Origin: an uncultured Gemmatimonadales bacterium
Lineage (GTDB): Bacteria; Gemmatimonadota; Gemmatimonadetes; Gemmatimonadales; GWC2-71-9
Reading direction: 5' to 3'
Length of the DNA stretch: 64,000 nt
Assembly: GCA_963795085.1 (NCBI GenBank)
Contig: CAWCFX010000001.1
Span: 128,001 to 192,000 of the forward strand
The notes under the pieces are model-generated. The model ran no database searches, had not been told where the DNA came from, and saw only the letters and a program-made list of their open reading frames with translations. Positions 9,831 through 19,036 of this stretch are shown in pieces. Positions within the stretch are counted from its first letter, which is position 1; the number at the start of each line of letters is the position of its first letter. Position numbers and translations under genes: made by a program.

Positions 9831-9965
9831 ATAGCCCCAGCCATGAGCGGCCAGCTTTCACGTCCACTGCTTGCCGCTCACTCCTGATGGCCAGGTTCCC
9901 GTTCCCGTCTTGCAGTGGCTCGGCAATCTCCATACTTTTAGAAAACTCCTCGCGAGGCCCTGCCG

Positions 9966-11087
9966 ATGTCGGATCGTTTCTTCAGTTCCGACGACTTCGA
10001 TGAACAAGCCCATCAACTCTATAACGAAGGCAGGTACGACGACGCACTCTCCGTCCTGAACGAGGGTCTCTCCCTCTATCCCCACGCAGTCGAACTCAAC
10101 GTTGGCAAAGCTTACGCCCACATGGCGCGCGAAGAATTCGCCTGGGCGCGGCGCAGCTTCGAGACCTCGCTCTGCCTGGAGCCGGACCACGAGGACGGAC
10201 TGGCCGGCTTCGGGGAAATCCTGCTCAAGCTGGGAGACCGAAGCGGCGCGATCGCCGCGTTCGAACGGATCCTCGCCCTCGGGTTCCAGGACGACCATGA
10301 CCTGATGCTGCAGGTGGGCCGGGCGCTCTTTCGGGAAGGGCTGCTGCACCAGGCCCACCGGTTCTTCGAGCTGGCGGTCAATGCCCAGCCCGAGTCGCCC
10401 GAGGCGGCGGCTTGCACCGGATATGCGTCGCATCGGCTGGGCCACGAAGGCACCGCCCTCTACTGGCTGCGCCGGGCTCTCGAGCTGGATCCTACCCACG
10501 TGGAAGCCCGGATCTACCTGGCTAACCTGCTCTACGACCGGGGTGAATCGGAGGCATCGCTCTATCAGCTCGAGCGAACCCAGCCCGAGGACCATTTCGA
10601 CGAACTGGGACTCTGGCGTTATGTCGAACTCAAGAAGACCCTGTACCGCCTGTCCGACGACGACCCGGAACTCAATCCCTGGATGCAGCGGCTGCTGGCG
10701 GTGGCCGGCGCGCCCGACCAGGTGGACCTGCTCCTCGCCGAGGTTGAAGCCCAGCAGCCTGACGGCTCGGTGCGCGACCCTCACCAGCTGGAGCTCTTCG
10801 GGACCCTGGTGGCGGAACTCCACGCCATGCAGAGGCGGCCCCCGCTGGCCGATGGCCACCAGGTGGCGACCCTGGCCGGGCGCACCTTCCGGGGCAGCTG
10901 GGACGAAATCCTTTTCCAGATGAAGGCCGCGGATGACGACTGGGCCGATGGGTCCCTGGCCGATTTCATGGTCTCCCTGGCCGAGCGGGGCCGGGCCGAG
11001 ACGGGCGTGATCATCCCGACCACCACCGACGCGGAGGTCTTCATCCGGGCCAGTGCCCAGGCGGGGGTGCTGCGCATCATCCAATGA
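9966..11087 (+). CDS. Tetratricopeptide repeat protein
   Basis: Several TPR-like helical repeats (e.g. LRRALELDPTHVEARIYLANLLY) plus an unknown C-terminal domain. Confidence 0.85.
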   Translation: MSDRFFSSDDFDEQAHQLYNEGRYDDALSVLNEGLSLYPHAVELNVGKAYAHMAREEFAWARRSFETSLCLEPDHEDGLAGFGEILLKLGDRSGAIAAFERILALGFQDDHDLMLQVGRALFREGLLHQAHRFFELAVNAQPESPEAAACTGYASHRLGHEGTALYWLRRALELDPTHVEARIYLANLLYDRGESEASLYQLERTQPEDHFDELGLWRYVELKKTLYRLSDDDPELNPWMQRLLAVAGAPDQVDLLLAEVEAQQPDGSVRDPHQLELFGTLVAELHAMQRRPPLADGHQVATLAGRTFRGSWDEILFQMKAADDDWADGSLADFMVSLAERGRAETGVIIPTTTDAEVFIRASAQAGVLRIIQ

Positions 11088-11995
11088 TTGACCTTCAAGG
11101 CGTCTCCAAAGTTTACGTCTCTCCCTTCCGGCGGCGCCGGGTCCAGGCCCTGGCGGATTTCACCCTGCAGGTGCCGCGCGGCGAGATCCTGGGCATCGCC
11201 GGACCCAACGGCGCCGGCAAGAGCACCGTCCTCTCGATTCTTCTCGGTTACCTGCATCCCTCCAGCGGGAGCGCCTGGATCGACGGCCGGCGGCCGCGGA
11301 TGTACGTCCAGCAGCAGGGGATCTCCTACCTCACCGAACTGGTCGCGATCCCGCCCCGCTGGACCACTCTCTCAGCGCTTCGGCGCATGGCGGCGATGTC
11401 CAGCCTCCCGGCCCGAGCGGCCCGGGAACGGGTGGAGTACGTCATCAACCTGCTGGGGCTGGCCGAGCACCGCAGCAAGCAGATTCGCCAGCTCTCCAAG
11501 GGGAACCTGCAGCGGGTGGGCATCGCCCAGGCCCTGATCGTCGAATCCGAGGTGGTTATCTTCGACGAGCCGACCCACGGCCTGGATCCGGTCTGGACCC
11601 AGAAGTTCCGCGATGTCGTCGCCGCCCTCCGGTCGCCGGGCCGCACCATCGTGATCGCGTCCCACAACCTGGATGAACTGGAACGGCTCACCGACCGGGT
11701 GGCGATCCTGGGCCGGGGCCGGCTCCAGCGCATCGTGACCAGCGGCGGCGGGCAGAACGGTGGCGCCTACCGCCTGGTGCTCGCGGCGCCCAGCGGGCGT
11801 GTCGTCGAATGCTTCCCCGATGCCATGCCGGTAGAGGGGCGACCGTCTGAATGGCGGGTCCAGGGGGACCTGGAAGACCTGAACCAGCGGCTCCGGCGAC
11901 TCCTCGAGGGCGATGCGGTGCTCACGTCGTTCTATCCCGAGCAGAGTCGTCTCGAGTCCGAGTTTCACGCCGCCGTCCGGGAGCCGGGCCCATGA
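11084..11995 (+). CDS. ABC-2 type exporter ATP-binding protein
   Basis: GPNGAGKS, LSKGNLQR, FDEPTHGLDP; ATGA overlap with the TPR gene. Confidence 0.92.
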   Translation: MIDLQGVSKVYVSPFRRRRVQALADFTLQVPRGEILGIAGPNGAGKSTVLSILLGYLHPSSGSAWIDGRRPRMYVQQQGISYLTELVAIPPRWTTLSALRRMAAMSSLPARAARERVEYVINLLGLAEHRSKQIRQLSKGNLQRVGIAQALIVESEVVIFDEPTHGLDPVWTQKFRDVVAALRSPGRTIVIASHNLDELERLTDRVAILGRGRLQRIVTSGGGQNGGAYRLVLAAPSGRVVECFPDAMPVEGRPSEWRVQGDLEDLNQRLRRLLEGDAVLTSFYPEQSRLESEFHAAVREPGP

Positions 11996-12699
11996 AGGTG
12001 ATTCCGTTCCGTTACCTGCCCTGGATGGCCCGTGATCTCCTGACTACCCAGGGCGCCGTGCTGGCCGCGGTCGGCGTCATGGCCTGGCTTATCGCCCGCG
12101 AGGTGGAAGGAGCGTCCGCCTCCGACGGGCCCCGGTTCGTCGCCATGGCCGTCCAGCAGCTGGCCCTTCTGTTCCTGCTCTACGTCGCCGCGGCGATCGT
12201 CAGTCATGACCGGGTGCACGGATATTACCGCGGCTTTTTTTCCCGCCCGATCAGCCCCGCCGGGTACTATTTCTCCCGCTGGCTGCTCGGCGGACTGGTC
12301 TTTCTGCTCATCGGACCGGTATTCACCCTGGCACTCTCGCTGGCCATCGGCTGGTTTCCCCTCTCCAGGGCGGTGCTGATCCAGCTGGCGCTGAATTATC
12401 TTCTGCTGGGTGGACTGGTGTTCATGTTCTCCGCCTTCACCCGGGGAGACTGGCTGTTCGGCCTCCTTTTCTTCATGGTCGAAAACGTACTCACTGGCCT
12501 TCGCAAAGCGGAGATCGACCTGCCCGCCATCTGGGATTTCGTGTTGAAGATTCTTCCGCCGTTCTCGCTTGCCTCGGTGACCGCCCCGGTGCCTTCGGGC
12601 GCCGACCTGCTGCACGTGATCCTCTATGGATCCGGCCTGGTGGTTGCCGCCCTGCTGCTGCTCCGCTGGCGCCCCCTCGGCGCCGGCGGGCGATCGTGA
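11992..12699 (+). CDS. ABC-2 type exporter permease
   Basis: About 6 TM helices; ATG 11992 overlaps the ATPase stop codon (ATGA). Confidence 0.78.
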   Translation: MKVIPFRYLPWMARDLLTTQGAVLAAVGVMAWLIAREVEGASASDGPRFVAMAVQQLALLFLLYVAAAIVSHDRVHGYYRGFFSRPISPAGYYFSRWLLGGLVFLLIGPVFTLALSLAIGWFPLSRAVLIQLALNYLLLGGLVFMFSAFTRGDWLFGLLFFMVENVLTGLRKAEIDLPAIWDFVLKILPPFSLASVTAPVPSGADLLHVILYGSGLVVAALLLLRWRPLGAGGRS

Positions 12700-15248
12700 T
12701 CCGCTGGACCGACCAGGTCCGCCGTGAAGTTCTGCCCAACGGGCTCACGGTCCTGGTCCAGCGCGATGATGCAGCCCCCGTCGCCAGCGTCGTCACCCAT
12801 GTGAAGGCCGGGTTCTTCGACGAACCGGATCGCTGGCAGGGCATCTCCCACGTGCTCGAGCACATGTTCTTCAAGGGTACCAGCCGTCGCGGTCCCGGGG
12901 ATATCGCCCGGGAGACCAAGGCGGCCGGCGGCTACGTGAATGCCGGCACCGGCTACGACCATACCTCCTACTACGTGGTGCTCCCGGCCGCGGGCCTCGA
13001 GGCCGCGATCGACATCCAGGCCGATGCCCTGCGCAACTCGGAAATCGACGCGGGCGAGCTGGCCCGGGAACTCCAGGTCATCATCCAGGAGGCCAGGCGG
13101 AAACTGGATAGCCCCTCCGCGGTGGCACACGAGACCCTGAACGAAGTGATGTTCGACCGGCACCGGGTTCGCCGCTGGCGAATCGGCCACGAAGCCACCC
13201 TCGCCGGTTTCACCCGTGACGATGTCCTGGGTTACTACCGGAGTCGGTATGTGCCGGAGCGGGTCATCGTTTCCATCGTGGCCGCGCGCGACCCCGGCGA
13301 GGCCATGGCGATGGTGCGGGCCGCCTACGCGGACTGGACGCCCGGGTCCGGCGCGATACCTCCCGGCCCGGAGGAGCCCAGCCGCGCGGAGGTCCGGTCA
13401 CGGACTCTGCGGGGAGACGTCACCCACTCCCACCTGGCCCTGGGATGGCGGGGCGTCGCCCCGCTCCATCCCGATGCGCCCGCGCTCGACCTGGCGGCGG
13501 CGGTGCTGGGCATGGGACGGGGTTCGCGGCTCTATCGGGCACTCCGCGAAACCGGGATCGCGACATCGGCCTCCGCCCACTTCTACGCGCCCACCGAGTT
13601 GGGAATGTTCGGGGTCTCGGCCGAGGGCGAACCGGGCCGGATGGAGGAGGTGCTGGAGGCGGCCGGAAGGGAAGTGCGGCGCCTGGTGGAAGAAGGTCCC
13701 GGGGACGACGACCTGGAACGGGCCAGGACCATGCTGCTGACTCGCTGGGCCCGGCGGCTGGAGCCAATGGACGGGCGTGCCGCGACCCTGGGTGAGGCTG
13801 AGGCGTTGAAGCACGTGAGCTACCTCGACGAGGAGTATGCGGCTCTCGCCGCGGTGGACCGGGAGGCAGTGCACGCCGCCGCCGCCCGCTACCTCAAGGC
13901 GGAAACCGTGTCGGGGCTGGTTTATCATCCCCGCGACTCGGGGGCCGACCTCACCATCGAGAGACTGGGGGACGCTTTCCGTTCGCGGATCGCCCCGGGT
14001 AGGAGCCGGGGCCAACAGGTGGCCGGCGTCCATCACATGGAACTGCCCGGCTGTGACCTCCTTCTCCGCCCCAAGGCCGGAGCGCCCACCCTGACGCTCG
14101 GCATCTACCGGCCGCGCCTTACCCAGGAAAACCCGCTGCAGGCCGGGATTGGTGCGCTCGCCCTGCGGGCATCGGTCCGGGGCGCCGGCCCCCATGATGC
14201 CCGCGCGCTGGCGTTCGGGTTCGAGCGCCTGGGCGGTTCCCTCGGCGTCTCCGCGGCGGCCGACTGGCTCGGCTTCAGCACCTCGGTGCTTGCCGCCCGG
14301 GCCGGCGAGGCCGCCGGCCTGCTCCGGCTGGTGTTCATGGAACCGGCACTCGGGGACGACGACGTAGTCCGCGAACGCGATAGCATGGTCGAAGAGGCGT
14401 TGCAGGTGGCGGACGACATGTTCCGCTTTCCCTTTCAACTGGCTTTTCGCAGCGCGTTCGACGCGAGGGGCTACGGGCTGCCGGTTGCCGGGTTGCCGGA
14501 GACGCTGCGCACCCTCGACCCGCAGGCGGTGCGGCGGTTCCACCGGGACGCGATGAGCGGCCGCCCGGTGGTCGTCGCGGTGGGCGACCTGGACCCGGAG
14601 CGGACCGGAGCCATGCTGGCGGAGGTCTTCGAGCCGCTGGGCACCCGCCCGGCCGAACCCCGTCCTGCCCCACAGTCGTGGGGAGGCACCGGCGGCAGCC
14701 CGGTGGTCGAGCGAGAGAAGGCCCAGACCGCCTTCGCCATGGCGTTTCCCGGTCCGGACCGGAGAAACCCGGAGCGCCACGCGGCGGAGGTGTGGGCGGC
14801 GGTCGCGAGCGGTCTCGGCGGGCGTCTGTTCGAGTCACTCCGCAGCCGGCGTTCGCTGGCGTATACCGTGCTGGCCTCGAGCTGGCTGCGGGGCGGTGCC
14901 GGGGCGCTGCTGACCTACATCGCGACCGCGCCCGAACGGGAGGAGGAAGCCCGGACCGAGATGCTGGCGGAGCTGGAGCGGTTTCGGCGGGAGGCGGTGA
15001 CCGGGGTGGAACTGGAGCAGGCCGTCAACTACCTGGCCGGGCAGGCCCAGGTCGCCCGGCAGAGTTCCGCCGCGGTGGCGGGCGAGATCCTCGAAGCCTG
15101 GATCATTGGCGATGGCCTGAAGGAGTTGGAAGATCCGGGCCACGCCTACCGGTCGGTGGATGCCGCGGCTGTGCAGGCGGTAGCAGAGCGATATCTCGAC
15201 GGGCAGCGCCGGGTCGAGGGCGTGGTGCGGGGTCAGGCCTCCCGCTGA
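12696..15248 (+). CDS. M16 family zinc peptidase (fused active and inactive halves)
   Basis: Inverted zincin motif HVLEHMFFKG; second half lacks HxxEH but has GRLFESLR...LAY. Confidence 0.92.
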   Translation: MIRWTDQVRREVLPNGLTVLVQRDDAAPVASVVTHVKAGFFDEPDRWQGISHVLEHMFFKGTSRRGPGDIARETKAAGGYVNAGTGYDHTSYYVVLPAAGLEAAIDIQADALRNSEIDAGELARELQVIIQEARRKLDSPSAVAHETLNEVMFDRHRVRRWRIGHEATLAGFTRDDVLGYYRSRYVPERVIVSIVAARDPGEAMAMVRAAYADWTPGSGAIPPGPEEPSRAEVRSRTLRGDVTHSHLALGWRGVAPLHPDAPALDLAAAVLGMGRGSRLYRALRETGIATSASAHFYAPTELGMFGVSAEGEPGRMEEVLEAAGREVRRLVEEGPGDDDLERARTMLLTRWARRLEPMDGRAATLGEAEALKHVSYLDEEYAALAAVDREAVHAAAARYLKAETVSGLVYHPRDSGADLTIERLGDAFRSRIAPGRSRGQQVAGVHHMELPGCDLLLRPKAGAPTLTLGIYRPRLTQENPLQAGIGALALRASVRGAGPHDARALAFGFERLGGSLGVSAAADWLGFSTSVLAARAGEAAGLLRLVFMEPALGDDDVVRERDSMVEEALQVADDMFRFPFQLAFRSAFDARGYGLPVAGLPETLRTLDPQAVRRFHRDAMSGRPVVVAVGDLDPERTGAMLAEVFEPLGTRPAEPRPAPQSWGGTGGSPVVEREKAQTAFAMAFPGPDRRNPERHAAEVWAAVASGLGGRLFESLRSRRSLAYTVLASSWLRGGAGALLTYIATAPEREEEARTEMLAELERFRREAVTGVELEQAVNYLAGQAQVARQSSAAVAGEILEAWIIGDGLKELEDPGHAYRSVDAAAVQAVAERYLDGQRRVEGVVRGQASR

Positions 15249-15598
15249 ACCTGGCCGTTCAGCCGCTTCGTGATCACGTCGATCCCGCGCTCCGGGTTCC
15301 CGGGTTCCATGGCCAGGATGTCCACGATGCAGAGCGACTGTTCGGGGACCACGTGGGTAATGACATGTCCGCCGTGGCAGAGCAGGCAGGTTACCGTGCC
15401 GCGGGGGCCGGAACGAACAACGGGCGGCCCATAGGGCGACATGCCGACCGCGGCGGCGGCCGCGATGGCGACGGCCGCCAGCCCCTCAGGATCGGCCAGC
15501 CGGGCGCTGGTGATTCCGGTCAGGGTGGCGACCCGAGAGGTGTAACTCAATTCAGGATGTGCTTCCGGGGCCCGGCCGGAAGCTGCAGACGGCGTCAT
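15233..15598 (-). CDS. S-adenosylmethionine decarboxylase (class 1B)-like protein, degenerate active site
   Basis: GTVTCLLCHGGHVITHVVPEQSLCIVDI aligns by eye with [20 protein letters not shown]...AVDV; ESH is replaced by GGH. Confidence 0.7.
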   Translation of the reverse strand: MTPSAASGRAPEAHPELSYTSRVATLTGITSARLADPEGLAAVAIAAAAAVGMSPYGPPVVRSGPRGTVTCLLCHGGHVITHVVPEQSLCIVDILAMEPGNPERGIDVITKRLNGQVQREA

Positions 15599-16331
15599 GG
15601 TACCCTTCCGGCACGCCCACGTCGAAAAACCTGGCGCTGGAGGTTACCCCGGCCAGCGCACCCCGCCGGGCCAGGCGCTGGAGTACCGGGACATCGTCCA
15701 GCTCGGCGCCCTCCGGGAGCGACCGGCCGACCGCCTCGAATTCCTGGAAGATATCGCCGGTAAATGCCATCCGGCCGATCGGCGTCATGGCGGATGCCGC
15801 CCCACCCGTCTCGAACCGGCCGGTACCCTTGTCCGCCACGTCGGTTACCATCAGCACCTGGTTCTTCGTCTCCACTTTGGCCTTTCCGGTGGCGCCCTTC
15901 AGCTTCGCATCCGCCTTGGAGATTTCACTCAGGAGCACCGTGGAGTGCCCGGTGCTGGCAAACACCGCGGCGACCCGGGCGCTGGGGTTGTCGCCCAGGA
16001 AGAGGTTATCCGGCAGGACGGCAATGAAGGGAGATCCGGCCAGCGGATCCCGGGCCCGGAGCAGGGCGTCGCCGAGCCCGCGCGGGCGACCCTGGGGGAC
16101 GAATTCGAGTTCCAGCGGGCCCTGCCAGTTGCGGGCGACGGCCTCCACCATGGGGCGGGCCGGGTTGGTGATGATAATGGCGTGCAGCATGCCGGCCCCG
16201 GCTATTTCATCCAGGGTCCAGTGCAGCAGCGGCTTGAGGGCCACCGGAAGCAGTTCCTTGGGAATCCACCGGGTGATTGGTGCCAGGCGGGTGCCCAGCC
16301 CTCCACAGGGGACGACAGCGGTATCGAGCAT
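15552..16331 (-). CDS. Sugar-phosphate nucleotidyltransferase (GalU-like)
   Basis: AVVPCGGLGTRL, PKELLPV, QxxPxGLGDA and FFDVG motifs. Confidence 0.85.
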   Translation of the reverse strand: MLDTAVVPCGGLGTRLAPITRWIPKELLPVALKPLLHWTLDEIAGAGMLHAIIITNPARPMVEAVARNWQGPLELEFVPQGRPRGLGDALLRARDPLAGSPFIAVLPDNLFLGDNPSARVAAVFASTGHSTVLLSEISKADAKLKGATGKAKVETKNQVLMVTDVADKGTGRFETGGAASAMTPIGRMAFTGDIFQEFEAVGRSLPEGAELDDVPVLQRLARRGALAGVTSSARFFDVGVPEGYHDAVCSFRPGPGSTS

Positions 16332-16393
16332 GGGACCGGAAGTGCGAGGATCGGGTAGCGGGCTGAGTGCTCAATGCTGAGCGCGGCGTGCCC

Positions 16394-16852
16394 CTAGAAC
16401 ATGGACATGGCCAGCAGGGACCGCAGGTTGTCATTGGTGGCGCGGAGCCGGGTGGAGAGCATCCGGACCACCGACCAGAGCACCTTGAACGCCAGGTCCC
16501 GGTTGAAATCGAGCACCAGCTCGAAATCGGGGCGGGAGATGGTGACCAGGGTGCAGGGGCCGTTGGCGATGGCGTCAGTGGAGCGTTCGGATCGGTCGAA
16601 CACCGACATTTCGCCGAAGCAGGCGCCCGGCTTGAGAATGGCCAGGGCCTCTTCGCCGGAGCCGGGAATGGTGCGGCTGATTCGGACTTCTCCGGCGGCA
16701 ATCACGAAGAGCCGGTTGCCAGGGTCGCCTTCCTTGAAGATTACCTCGCCGGACTTGAACGTCTGCTCCTTGCAGATCTCAGCGACCCGCGAGAGTTCGC
16801 CCTCATCGAGGTCGGCGAAGATCAGGGTCTTCTTGAGGAGGTCGAGGTTCAT
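16394..16852 (-). CDS. Stand-alone cyclic-nucleotide-binding domain protein
   Basis: IFKEGDPG, GEVRI, FGEMS and RSTDA motifs; no HTH domain. Confidence 0.9.
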   Translation of the reverse strand: MNLDLLKKTLIFADLDEGELSRVAEICKEQTFKSGEVIFKEGDPGNRLFVIAAGEVRISRTIPGSGEEALAILKPGACFGEMSVFDRSERSTDAIANGPCTLVTISRPDFELVLDFNRDLAFKVLWSVVRMLSTRLRATNDNLRSLLAMSMF

Positions 16853-16861
16853 GGGAGCCAG

Positions 16862-17040
16862 GGGATTGAAGGAATTGAGGGAATTGAGGGAATTGAGGGA
16901 ATTGATGGAATTGATGGAATTGAGCGACCTGTGAATTGGACTTTCATGAGAGAACCAGGGGATCGGTTTTCCGGCAACAATTCCTTCGACCCTTTCAATT
17001 CCCTCAATTCCCTCAATTCCCTCAATTCCCTCAATTCCCT
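16862..17040. repeat. Inverted pair of 9-bp tandem arrays: (GGAATTGAR/T)x7, 53-bp spacer, (CAATTCCCT)x7
   Basis: Left arm 16862-16924 and right arm 16978-17040 (one degenerate unit) are reverse complements of each other. Confidence 0.95.
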
Positions 17041-17052
17041 TATCATATAGCC

Positions 17053-17610
17053 ATGACCGGGCCAGTCCATAGTACTTCTCGCCCTGTGGCGGAGCAAGGC
17101 CGCCGCGGGTTTACGACCGCTGATTTTATCACGGTGGTGCGGCTGCCGCTGGCGGTGCTCTTCGTTGTACTGGGTACGCCGTGGTGGCGGTTTCTGGTGC
17201 TGGCCCTGGCGGCGGCCACCGATCTGCTGGACGGCATGCTGGCCCGCCGGTTCGGGGGGTCCCGTTTCGGTGCTGTCCTCGACCCCATCGCCGACAAGCT
17301 CTTTATGGCTTGCGCCTTCGGCGTCGTGCTGTTCTCGGGGCGGCTTCAGTTCTACGAAGTCATCGCCGTCCTGCTCCGAGACATCTGGGCCACGGCCGCG
17401 TTCTTCATTACGGTGGGAACCGGGCGGGCAACCGCCATCCCGGCCCGGCTGGGGGGCAAGGCCGTGACCGTGGCTCAGATGCTGACGCTGCTCGCGTTTA
17501 TCGCCGGTGACGCGATCCTCCGCCCCCTGGCCTGGGCCACTGGTGCCATCGCCATCTATGCCATCTGGGACTATCACCGGGTGGCGAGGGTCGAGGGACG
17601 GAGAATCTAG
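17053..17610 (+). CDS. CDP-alcohol phosphatidyltransferase (PgsA-like)
   Basis: TDLLDGMLARR...SRFGAVLDPIADK signature. Confidence 0.9.
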   Translation: MTGPVHSTSRPVAEQGRRGFTTADFITVVRLPLAVLFVVLGTPWWRFLVLALAAATDLLDGMLARRFGGSRFGAVLDPIADKLFMACAFGVVLFSGRLQFYEVIAVLLRDIWATAAFFITVGTGRATAIPARLGGKAVTVAQMLTLLAFIAGDAILRPLAWATGAIAIYAIWDYHRVARVEGRRI

Positions 17611-17654
17611 AAAAGGGGGCAAGGGGGCCAATCACCCAAAGCGGAGATCAAGGA

Positions 17655-18065
17655 GTGGCTCAAGAGATCAAACGCATCACTCTCACCTGGGAAAAGGAAC
17701 TCCATTTCCGTGGTGGAGAGGCTGGCAAACCTGGCATCCTGATTGACGGTGACAACGCGATGGGGCCGGGCCCGATGCTGACCTTGCTGCTGGCGGCGGC
17801 CGGGTGCACCGGGGCGGACGTCGTCCTGGTGCTCAAGAAAATGCGGATCGAACTGGAGCGGTTCTCGATGGATGTCGCCGGTACCCGGCGCGAGGCGGAT
17901 CCCCGCCGCTACGTCGCCATCCACTTCACCTACCGGCTGGCCGGAGCCGGCCTCGATGAGAACAAGGCGCGCCGAGCCATCGATCTATCGATTGAAAAAT
18001 ACTGCTCCGTGCTGCACTCCCTCGCCCCGGACATCGCAGTCACCTATGATCTGGAACTTGGGTAG
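17655..18065 (+). CDS. OsmC/YhfA family protein
   Basis: GPGPM, AGCTG and SIEKYCSV two-Cys motifs; AAGGA RBS before GTG. Confidence 0.9.
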   Translation: MAQEIKRITLTWEKELHFRGGEAGKPGILIDGDNAMGPGPMLTLLLAAAGCTGADVVLVLKKMRIELERFSMDVAGTRREADPRRYVAIHFTYRLAGAGLDENKARRAIDLSIEKYCSVLHSLAPDIAVTYDLELG

Positions 18066-18501
18066 GAGCGGGCTCGGCCTGGCCTTTCTGCTCCTCCTGC
18101 CCGGGATAGTCTTCGGCCAGCGGGGCACTGAAACCGGCATCCACGCCTTGGCGACGTTTGCCGATTTCACCTTTGCCGGCGGTGGCGGCCATTTCGGGCT
18201 CCGGCCCGGCGGCCGTACCCGCTTGTCGATCGCCGCCGCGCTGGGGAGCATCGAAGGAGACCTCGCATTCCGGGGGGAGGGAACTGCCCAGTTCCTGCTC
18301 AACCCGGCCAGCCGAACCAGCGGCTTTTATGCCGGGGGAGGTCTGGCAGGGCTAACCGGACCGATCGAGGAGGCGTACCTGGTGCTGGTAGTGGGTATGG
18401 AAACCAGCCCCGGCGGTGGTTCCGGGTGGGTGCTGGAAGGGGGGGTCGGGGGAGGCCTGAGAGTCCTGCTAGGCTATCGATGGCGGCGGATGCGGCGGTG
18501 A
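18046..18501 (+). CDS. Exported hypothetical protein, possibly a small beta-barrel
   Basis: Signal-like N-terminus, Gly-rich alternating beta strands, ends LLGYRW plus basic tail. Confidence 0.55.
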   Translation: MIWNLGRSGLGLAFLLLLPGIVFGQRGTETGIHALATFADFTFAGGGGHFGLRPGGRTRLSIAAALGSIEGDLAFRGEGTAQFLLNPASRTSGFYAGGGLAGLTGPIEEAYLVLVVGMETSPGGGSGWVLEGGVGGGLRVLLGYRWRRMRR

Positions 18502-18562
18502 CGGGATTCCCTGAGGGGCGGGCTGCAATTTCCGCCCCCTGATGATCGGTATTCTGCGGGAT

Positions 18563-18838
18563 TTACTCGCTGCTTCCGACGCCGACCGTTTCGGTGGACC
18601 GTGCCTGCACCGGCTGGCAGTACCGCTCGCCCAGCACTCGGAGCTGGCTCAAATCCTCCGGAGTCAGTTCGGTGTAGCGTTCCGCAACATATTGCATTGT
18701 GTCGTCGAACCAGTCTTTCTGATGTTCGGGGGCGGCTTCGAGCACCCCGCACCGCAGAATGTGACTGAACATCTCATCTCGCGCCTGGTTAAAGGCCTGC
18801 GGCACCTCAGGCGTCTGCCGGATCTTCTTTTTAGTCAA
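18563..18838 (-). CDS. Small hypothetical protein
   Basis: 91 aa; strong AAGGAGG RBS before TTG; natural helical composition. Confidence 0.8.
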   Translation of the reverse strand: MTKKKIRQTPEVPQAFNQARDEMFSHILRCGVLEAAPEHQKDWFDDTMQYVAERYTELTPEDLSQLRVLGERYCQPVQARSTETVGVGSSE

Positions 18839-18880
18839 ATGCTCCTCCTTGGCTGGTCAGGTGTCCTAAATATAGCTTTC

Positions 18881-18898
18881 TTGCACCGATTGGTGCAA
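18881..18898. promoter_or_regulatory. Palindromic operator candidate between divergent genes
   Basis: TTGCACC-GATT-GGTGCAA; overlaps a minus-strand TTGCAC-N18-TATATT promoter-like sequence. Confidence 0.55.
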
Positions 18899-19036
18899 AC
18901 CGAACATATCCCGCGATCTCTTCCCCCAATGGATTAGATTCCTCTCCCGCGGTTGCCGATCATGCTGACGCCGATACCTGACGCAAGCGCGAGTTCCGGG
19001 CCAGTCCTGATGCGGCCCGGTTGGAAAGGCTCCATC

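Noticed and set aside
16367..17631. ORFs with GIE/IPS/ELR/FPQ peptide repeats
   Set aside because: These are translations of the non-coding 9-mer array and overlap better-supported genes.
18881..18898. NtrC binding site
   Set aside because: Half-sites match but the spacer is one base short; reported only as a generic palindrome.
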